A stretch of DNA of 32,448 bases from Paraspadella gotoi. Taxonomy: Eukaryota; Animalia; Chaetognatha. This document shows positions 23,601 through 32,448 of the stretch, piece by piece (positions within the stretch are counted from its first letter, which is position 1; every line of letters begins with the position of its first letter). Position numbers and translations under genes: made by a program. The notes under the pieces were generated by a model. It saw only the letters and a list, made by a program, of their open reading frames with translations. It was not told where the DNA came from and made no database searches. The DNA lies in contig CM119265.1 in NCBI GenBank assembly GCA_051294375.1, positions 18,297,669 to 18,330,116 on the forward strand. Reading direction: 5' to 3'.

Positions 23601-25918
23601 ATCGAACAAAGAGCACGGTTGAATGGCGAAGACCGACAACGAACAATGGCGGAAGACCGACGACCGGACGAATGCCGTAAGACGACACCACGCACAAATG
23701 GCGGAATACCGACAGACAATGGCGAAGACGACGACGGACAATGGCGAAGACGACGACGACGAATGGCGAAGGACGACAACGACAATGGGCGAAGACGACA
23801 ACGGCGAAGTAGAACGAGGTCCTCCATCACCGTGAAAGTGAAAATTTTGCGTGGGGAAAAAAATAAATAGTATATATAATCGCTCTTTCAACTTTCATCA
23901 AAGTTATTCTAACGGTTTTTTTTTTTTTTTTTTTTTTGCGGAACCGCCTACCGAACGACCATGAGAAGTCTGATCAAAACAAAGCCTCAATTCTCTGTCG
24001 TTCCTCTTCTCGTTCATACTTCTCTCTCTCATCGTCTCTCTCATCTCTCTCTCTCTCTCTCGTTCTCTCATCTCTCTCTCTCTTTCCTCTCTCTCTCTCT
24101 TGCCTCTCTATCTCCCCCATAACACCCACTTTTTTTATCATTCGAACGCTCTTCTCAAAGAGAGGAAAAGATTTAATCTTACCATTCTCTCATGCCTCTT
24201 GATCTCTCTCTCTCTCTCTCTCCTCTCTCTCATCTCCTCTCTCTCTCTCTTCATCTTTACGTTCTTCTCCCCTAAATGGCGTAAACAATAACAAAATGGC
24301 CCAAGGGCAACGACCGGAGCATGTTATGCAAAGCAATAGAAAAGGATATAAATGTCTAACCGCTTTAATCTCACCATGGATATCGCTTTTCTAATCGCCT
24401 TTTCCAGCGGAAATCGCTTTTCCCATCGCATTTTTCTATGAATATCGCTTTTCCAATATCAAACCTCTCGCCTTTTTTTCGACCTCGGCCCAGAGTTCTA
24501 AGCGGGGGGGGGTGCGCGGCGCCCATCTGTTCACTCTCTCCGCGTCGTCGGTGGCACCAGTTGAGCCGGCGAGACTCTGGGCTCAATCGGTCCGAGGTTC
24601 GCGACTCCGCAGTAACTCGAGAGTCAATAACTACGACCAGATTTCTCGATTCGCGTGTTCAGACTTCCTCTTCCTCAAAAGATCGAATTGGGTCATCATG
24701 AGTAGGAGCCGTTTCGAATTTCATTCTCCTCAGATATCGTGGGGCAGACTAGGTCAACGGGTCAAGTCCCCACGGGGACTAAAGAGGCATTGGGGTCAAC
24801 GGGTCAAATCCATGGGGAGGTCGCTGGTCAGATATTCTACCCAACGACGTGAGATTTCCCGGGCATTTTCTCCTTCCTTTTCATTTTCGCATTTGACGTC
24901 GAATTCGTCGAATTACGTTTGCAGATATTTCTAGAAATATTATCTTTATATATATAATAAATATTAATTTTTAATAAAGTTTTATAAACTTTTATATAAT
25001 ATATATATATAATATATTTTATTATAAATAACCTTTTATTTTTACTTTTTTTATTGCTTTTGAATTAGAATCTTTATTTATAAATATTGATTTTTTTTAA
25101 ATTTTTAAAATAAAAAAAAATATACTATGCTATGTTATTAAATCACCAAAACCTGTCAAAAGTTAGGGGTAAGATAGCTTAGTATTTATTAAATAAATTA
25201 ATAATTTTTATATTGGTTGTACCAATTTTATAAATATATTTTGTTTTAATTATAAGCCTTTTATTTACTACTGATTTTGATTCGCAATGAAAGAAAGCAT
25301 TTTTTTATATTTAAAAAAAATATTTATAAATAAATAATTTTAATTTTATAAAAAAAATATAAATTTAATTATTATTTTATAAAATAAAAATCAATTTTGG
25401 AAATTGCAAAATTGGCCATCGAATGCGAACTGAACCGATATCGACTTGGGACATCTGGTCTCCACACCTCCGCCGCGGGAGGGAGTAGGGGGGGGGCGCA
25501 ATTGAGAGCGCGAGATTTGATAAAAGGGCGGAAATAGGTTGGGTTATTCGTAAAATTGGGAGCGTGGTGAAAAGTGAAAAGGAGTCAAAAGAATATAATG
25601 GTGATTGGTGAGCGAGGTTTTTTGAAAGGAAGAAGGAAAGCGGCGCCAGCGATCGTCGGGGAGAATCGATCCCGAGGGTCTCTCTGTGGGCGTGGCCAAT
25701 CTAAAGATCAAAAATCCCGCGGGAAGATCAACAAAGTCGAAAGTGTGACTATAAAAGAATTGCATCGATCTCTTTTCGGAAGTCTTTGCTTATTTTTGTT
25801 GCTTGTTTGTGGTTTGTCTACGAAGTTGTTCTCATCTTCCGTTTGCGATCGCCTTAAAAAGTTTCTTTCTCTGACTCTGTCTCTCTCTCTCTCTTCTCCT
25901 CTCTCTCTCTCTCTGCTT

Positions 25919-25957
<39 letters not shown>

Positions 25958-26177
25958 CCCTCTCTCTCCCTCCCACTAAAAGGAAATCGCTTTGCCATTT
26001 TTGATCGTCACATTTATTGTCAGAGGCTCGCGGAAGCAGCTGTGTTGTGCATCAAAACAAATAAATTAGATTAAACGTATAAAAGAAAATTAAAGCAGAA
26101 ACGAAAGAAGAGATATAAAACCACCCTCCAACCACCTTTTCCAGCCCCCTCACCCCTCACCCCACCCGTCCACCTAC

Positions 26178-26273
26178 CTGATTGTCGTAGAGGGAGAGGA
26201 GATTCAAGTTGTGAAGATCTTCGAACGAATCCGATCTGACGCAGGTGATCTTGTTCGCGTTCAATAGGAGGAG
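26178..26273 (-). CDS. slit: Slit exon b (96 nt, phase 0/0): [33 protein letters not shown]2 LRRs
   Basis: Acceptor cgacAG|CTC, donor CAG|GTAGGT, 32 open codons, continues exon a in frame. The ORF track shows only a different frame here. Confidence 0.96.
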
Positions 26274-26913
26274 CTGTCGATCGAAGGGGCAAGGGAAGAG
26301 GGAGGAGAGAAGAGGGCGGGGTTGATTTAGGAGGAACGGGTGTCGGATGGGTGCAATCGCAACCGGTTGGGTTGGCAGCGTCGGTGTTTGGCCCCGGAAA
26401 AAAAAATCGACGGATGTGAGCGTGGCAGATGCGAGTGGGTTGCAGATGGCGAGAAAGAGGTAAGCAGATGCCGGAAAAAGGTGAGTGCAGATGTTACGGA
26501 AGAGGTCAATGTGAGGGAGATAGACATCGTCGGGAGAAGGAGATGAAGTTGATGATGATCATGAGAGTGAAAAGAGATGGCGTGATAAAAAAAAAATTTG
26601 CGTGAGAAAAGAAATAAATCCAGAACTAGACGGGGAGAGAGAGAGAGAAAAAAAAAGAGCATCGACTCCACATCCCTCCCATCCCTCTGCCGTCGAGACC
26701 GATAATCGAAAATAAACATACAACAAACTTGGCTAAATGTCAANNNNNNNNNNTCTTCTAACGATTTTCTTTACTGGCAGAAGCCGCTTCACAATGGGAA
26801 AAGAAATAAGAAAAAGGCATGCCTAAAGAGTCCGCCGGGGAAAATTTAAAATAAATGCCGATTGGAGTCTCGGTGAATGGGAGGAGGGCTAGAGGCGGGT
26901 GGAGAGGTGGGAA

Positions 26914-26952
<39 letters not shown>

Positions 26953-27537
26953 ATCTCTCTTCTTCTCTCTCTCTCTCTCTATCTTTTCTTTTTTGCTCTT
27001 TTTTCTCTCCGATTTTTCGCTGAAATTCGAAAGTGGGAAGAATGAAAAATAAAGAAAAATAAAAGAAACGAGACGATGTTAAAGAAAAAAAAAACAACAA
27101 AACACAAACGGACGCGGGAAACAAACAAACAAACAAATCGCGAATTTTCTGTCAAAACGTTCAAGCGGCGCCGGCGTCAAATTTTACAATCTCCGCCGAC
27201 AAACAAACAAACGTTCGGAGCCAAAAAATGTAAAACAAGACGAAATATGCGACGAAATGAAAATCCCATTTAATTCCTTTTCATTCCCGAAGAAAATCGC
27301 AGGAAAAAAAAAAAAGAAGAAAAGATTGAGAAGAAGGATCTTTTTTTTTTGGGGGGGGGGTTATTTCGAAATATTTTTGCATTCTTATTTTTTAAGAATG
27401 TTTACCATTTTAAATAATTTATTATTCTAATTAACGAAATACTCCTAAATCTTAATACTTTTTTATGGAATTTGCGATTTGTAAAAATATGCTTGTGATG
27501 TATTGAAGTTTCAACTCAACGGTCGAGTCATACATAC

Positions 27538-27657
27538 CTGCAATGAGGTGAGGCCTTTGAAGATGCCTTCCGGAAGATCGCTGATCAGGTTTCCGTAGAG
27601 GACCAGAGAATTGAGAGATTTGAGGCCCTCGAACGCCCCGGGCGTCAAGGATTTTAT
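27538..27657 (-). CDS. slit: Slit exon a (120 nt, phase 0/0): [41 protein letters not shown]2 LRRs
   Basis: Acceptor ttctattttccAG|ATA, donor CAG|GTATGT, open frame of 40 codons, LRR consensus LxxLxLxxN. Not in the ORF track. Confidence 0.96.
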
Positions 27658-28620
27658 CTGGAAAATAGAAAAAAAAATCTTAAAATTATTATCTTCCTTT
27701 TTTATAGATAACTACGTGATTGAATAAACAAAAGAACGGGTGAATAAGCCGCCGGAGCCCGGATCATCGTTTCCCAGTCAAACAAAACAAAGGGACAACG
27801 TCATTGAAGCGCAGCGTGACATCTATGGGGAAAAAAACATTGGAAGCCTCAACTCCACCCAACTAAAAGAGCATCCCGGGTTGAGCGCAAACGATTTTTT
27901 TTTTTTTTACGTCAAAACTCGAACGAATATTTTCGTCGGAGTCAATAGTTTTGGGAATTTGTAAAAACCCAGACCTCCTCCTCGGTCGCCCTCCGGCGGT
28001 GACGCATTCAACCGGAAAAAAAAAATCAAAAGAGCAACGAATTTGATCGAGAGAAAAACCCGAATGACAAAAAGGGTCACGAAGATAATTAGCGTCAAAC
28101 GACAAGGGCAATGACGGGGACGACGTAGAAAACGATGATGAGGATGAAGATGATGATGATGATGATGATTAGGTGTATGATGATGATCGATCGATCCGAA
28201 GCCAGTTGGAAAAAAAAAATCTTTTGGATTTTTGATTTTCTAATTCATAGATTCGAAAAACGAGGTCCATCTCGACCCGATGTCGATTTTGGACGAGGAT
28301 GACTGGGATTCGATGAGGAGGAGGAGGAGGAGGAGGAGGAGGAGGAGGATGAAGATGATCAAAACGAAGATCGAGTCGAGAAAAAGAAGGATTAAGAATA
28401 GCGAAGAAAAAAAAGAATCAAAAGTGGGAGGATAATTCAATTAAGAAAAGCCATCAAAAATTTATGATTGACAAAGGAATAATTTAAAGAATAATCTCCT
28501 CGGATATTTTTTTTTTCTCTCTTTCTCGGATATTTACTTTACCCCTACATCGCGTATGATCCCTGCTTGTTTTTACAAACTTTCGCCTCGTTTGGATAAA
28601 AATGAGTTAATCATAATGAA

Positions 28621-28627
28621 GAGAGAG

Positions 28628-28691
<64 letters not shown>
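28621..28691. repeat. (GA)n microsatellite
   Basis: Visible directly in the sequence. Confidence 0.92.
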
Positions 28692-28696
<5 letters not shown>

Positions 28697-28974
28697 GAAT
28701 GGATCCTCGGGTTAAAAAATTCACAGAATAGCCTATTTCGAGGGACGATTTGGCGGGAAATTATTTCTCTCTTTTTCTCGTCTCTTCTTCGTTTATGGTT
28801 TTTCTCGATTGGAGTCGAAATGGATTCGGAGTAGGGAAATGGCTTCGCGTACGACTCTCACTACTGTCGAGTATTCACCATTATTAAATATTCACTTGCG
28901 GTGGAATATTTTACTTTGAGAGAGACTCGGGTTTTGTGAACAGCGACAAGGGGATCGTCGGCCTATGGAGGTTG

Positions 28975-29011
<37 letters not shown>

Positions 29012-31884
29012 CACAAAGGAAATTTAATGTGACGGGCCATTTTTTCAAAGCTTCTCTCTCTCTCGTGTCTTTATCTCTCTCCTCTCGCTGCGTGTGTGTC
29101 ATCAAGAATCAAAGGCGAAAGAGAACACATGAGAAATGTGTGTCTCGGTTGACAATGTTCGACGNNNNNNNNNNNNNNNNNNNNNNNNNNNNNNNNNNNN
29201 NNNNNNNNNNNNNNNNNNNNNNNNNNNNNNNNNNNNNNNNNNNNNNNNNNNNNNNNNNNNNNNNNNNNNNNNNNNNNNNNNNNNNNNNNNNNNNNNNNNN
29301 NNNNNNNNNNNNNNNNNNNNNNNNNNNNNNNNNNNNNNNNNNGCGAAAGCTCATTTTTTTACCGTCGCTAGGCGACCCATCAGCTTTAGAGACGTCGAAT
29401 GGATTCAAAGTTAAAAGTTAAAACTATTACGTTATCAATTCTTAAACAGGACGCGGGTTCCGACTATACGGAAGTTGCCGGCGTTGGCGGGAACAACGAC
29501 GACAAAATCGGCCCCAAAAAAAGATTATGCGATAAAAATCGCTAATGATAACAAAATTAACATTTTTTTTTTNNNNNNNNNNNNNNNNNNNNNNNNNNNN
29601 NNNNNNNNNNNNNNNNNNNNNNNNNNNNNNNNNNNNNNNNNNNNNNNNNNNNNNNNNNNNNNNNNNNNNNNNNNNNNNNNNNNNNNNNNNNNNNNNNNNN
29701 NNNNNNNNNNNNNNNNNNNNNNNNNNNNNNNNNNNNNNNNNNNNNNNNNNNNNNNNNNNNNNNNNNNNNNNNNNNNNNNNNNNNNNNNNNNNNNNNNNNN
29801 NNNNNNNNNNNNNNNNNNNNNNNNNNNNNNNNNNNNNNNNNCCTTCTAAAGACCCACATCACGTAATGTTCGAGTCTCTTCATTTAAAAATCAAAGAGAG
29901 AAAAAAAACCCACCCACCAGAAATAAAAANNNNNNNNNNNNNNNNNNNNNNNNNNNNNNNNNNNNNNNNNNNNNNNNNNNNNNNNNNNNNNNNNNNNNNN
30001 NNNNNNNNNNNNNNNNNNNNNNNNNNNNNNNNNNNNNNNNNNNNNNNNNNNNNNNNNNNNNNNNNNNNNNNNNNNNNNNNNNNNNNNNNNNNNNNNNNNN
30101 NNNNNNNNNNNNNNNNNNNNNNNNNNNNNNNNNNNNNNNNNNNNNNNNNNNNNNNNNNNNNNNNNNNNNNNNGGCGGAGAAAACTAACATCGCGAATCGA
30201 AAGGAAGGATAATTTGCAAAATAAGTTGCGCCTCATTTATTTATTTTGCATTAGTTCGGAGAATAGGGAAACTTTTTTTTTTCTTTCATCGCGGCAGATT
30301 CTCTTAGGAACTCGGTTAGAAAAAAATAACCATGGCGGGAGTTAATATTAATTCTCTCTCTCTCTCTCTCTCTCNNNNNNNNNNNNNNNNNNNNNNNNNN
30401 NNNNNNNNNNNNNNNNNNNNNNNNNNNNNNNNNNNNNNNNNNNNNNNNNNNNNNNNNNNNNNNNNNNNNNNNNNNNNNNNNNNNNNNNNNNNNNNNNNNN
30501 NNNNNNNNNNNNNNNNNNNNNNNNNNNNNNNNNNNNNNNNNNNNNNNNNNNNNNNNNNNNNNNNNNCTCTCTCTCTCTCTCATTTTTCAGTGACCAAAGC
30601 GAAAAAGAAACCGAATGTTTTGCTGTCGAGAAACTGAAATTAAAAAGCAGAATCTTTGATAACCAGACCGAATCACCAGCCAGTTAAAAAATAGCACTTT
30701 TAACCGATCTCATGTAAGCGTATATTTGCAGGATCTGAGATGAACACTTGAAATTAGTTATGTATCGAATTAAGAGACCTTAGAATAACACCACCCCTCT
30801 CTCTCTCTCTCTCTCTCTCTTTCTCATTTACGAGAACCTCCTCCTCAGTTATTCGCATTTAATTCATAATAATTCCCTCGATAATATGAAAATCTGGGNN
30901 NNNNNNNNNNNNNNNNNNNNNNNNNNNNNNNNNNNNNNNNNNNNNNNNNNNNNNNNNNNNNNNNNNNNNNNNNNNNNNNNNNNNNNNNNNNNNNNNNNNN
31001 NNNNNNNNNNNNNNNNNNNNNNNNNNNNNNNNNNNNNNNNNNNNNNNNNNNNNNNNNNNNNNNNNNNNNNNNNNNNNNNNNNNNNNNNNNNNNNNNNNNN
31101 NNNNNNNNNNNNNNNNNNNNNNNNNNNNNNNNNNNNNNNNNNNNNNNNNNNNNNNNNNNNNNNNNNAGAAGGATCTGGCTCCGTGAAGAAAGTGGGCAGG
31201 TGGTCTAAGACCTTGGTTATATTCACGCCGAAGACGCGAAACTTTGGTCAGGCGAATGAGACTCTTGAACCTCACCTCTTCCCCCCACTCCCGCTATGAA
31301 AAAGTCATGAGAAAAGGTCGGGTTGGTTCCGTCATTGGATCAGTTGGACGAAACCCTTTCTTTTCCTCTTTCTTTCCTCATTCTTCCCCGCGGACGAGAG
31401 ACAGCCCTGATGAGAGGCTCCGGGGCCGGTCAGCCAAGAAATCTTTGACAAGACGGACTAATCAAGCAAAGTAGAGACTACCCTCTCTTCACTCATCGGG
31501 CGTGCAACGGTCTCAGTCTCTAATAGAAAAGGTAAGTAACCCTTTTTCCTCACCCGCTTCTCCTTTCCGCCTCCGATTCCATTCCCCGGCGAAGCAGTCG
31601 GCTCTTGGCGCCGAGAACCAACTGCTTTTACGAGATTCCATTCGTGGGCGNNNNNNNNNNNNNNNNNNNNNNNNNNNNNNNNNNNNNNNNNNNNNNNNNN
31701 NNNNNNNNNNNNNNNNNNNNNNNNNNNNNNNNNNNNNNNNNNNNNNNNNNNNNNNNNNNNNNNNNNNNNNNNNNNNNNNNNNNNNNNNNNNNNNNNNNNN
31801 NNNNNNNNNNNNNNNNNNNNNNNNNNNNAGAGAAAGGATGAGGAGTGACAAATTCGAATAGAGTAGGGGGTAAATAGATGAAGG

Positions 31885-31912
31885 AATAAATAAATGATTA
31901 ATTAAATAAATA

Positions 31913-31949
<37 letters not shown>

Positions 31950-31982
31950 ATAAATCAATAAATCAATAAATCAATAAATCAA

Positions 31983-32033
<51 letters not shown>

Positions 32034-32034
32034 A
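31885..32034. repeat. (AATC/AATA)n tetranucleotide array
   Basis: Visible directly in the sequence. Confidence 0.9.
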
Positions 32035-32448
32035 GTGTAAAGGAAAAGGGAACGATTTTTTTTCACGAAGAAAAACGTGAATGGGATTCGTATTGTGTCG
32101 AAATGAGAGAGACACCTGGTGGATGAGGACGGCGAGAAGCGTTTGATGGTCTTACCCAAAAAGGTAGGTTAAGATGGGTTCGCGATGGTTAAGAATGTTA
32201 ATCGAGATAATAAAAAGATGATAATGGTGAATAAATAAGTTATAGGAGATCTTGTGTTTAGTAAAGTATTTTTGTCGGGAATAACTACGGTATTTGGTTG
32301 AATAAGGGAATTATAGAAAAATAAGCTTGAGTGACAAAAATATAAGTTCGTGTACAGACGAGATCCATGGGTTGGAGCTCCGGTGAAGTTCATGTTTTTG
32401 CGCTAAGGTTTGACCGAGGAGTAAAATGAAGTGAGAGGAAAAGGTGAG

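Larger units (their letters stand above)
18025..24729 (+). repeat. Head-to-tail tandem duplication of a ~3.4-kb unit (copy 1 18025-21447, copy 2 21460-24729)
   Basis: Both copies start ttagaacc(c)tcggtgcaaaa and end gaattttcat(t)tctcc. They are colinear, with many 1-nt indels and two larger indels. Confidence 0.93.
2267..27657 (-). other. slit: Slit gene, internal part (six exons: D2 LRRs, D2 LRRCT, D3 LRRNT and first D3 LRRs); continues beyond both window ends
   Basis: Splicing the six GT-AG exons in protein order gives [85 protein letters not shown][N][79 protein letters not shown]. This matches recalled Slit D2 hallmarks ([20 protein letters not shown], NPFxCDC, [10 protein letters not shown]). 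Splice phases are compatible once the indels in exons c and d are corrected. Confidence 0.96.

Noticed and set aside
20009-23891. TTTMAK / DDDNGE repeat proteins or a CRISPR-like array
   Set aside because: An 18-bp head-to-tail minisatellite with no unique spacers, no cas genes and no splice support.
24815-25470. TIR pair (gaggt..cagat) enclosing the AT-rich block
   Set aside because: The match is too degenerate and has no TSD; the Helitron-like reading fits better.
30849-30880. Possible LNAN-containing extra LRR exon
   Set aside because: The frame is closed by flanking stop codons. The next upstream Slit exon was not found in 27658-32448 and may lie in a gap or outside the window.

Overview
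Eukaryotic (animal, probably non-vertebrate) draft-assembly sequence that is rich in microsatellites and N-gaps. Most of it is intronic DNA of a Slit axon-guidance gene on the minus strand. I found six Slit exons by hand, three of them absent from the ORF track. They encode the C-terminal half of LRR domain D2, its LRRCT cap, and the start of D3. Two of the exons (4490-4584 and 5184-5232) are in the wrong genomic order and both carry indels. The swapped block is bracketed by a 33-bp direct repeat, so this is either a local misassembly (my preferred reading) or real exon scrambling. A frameshift-riddled multi-CUB-domain gene fragment with short introns lies at about 390-1427, inside the next Slit intron on the same strand. 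The 21.6-kb intron holds a 2.4-kb and a 0.2-kb inverted duplication centred on 25-N gaps, a 3.4-kb tandem duplication, a Helitron-3'-end/DR2-like motif, and several mini- and microsatellites. Many oddities look like noisy long-read gap-filling artefacts and are flagged as such. No prokaryotic genes, RNA genes or CRISPR arrays are supported.
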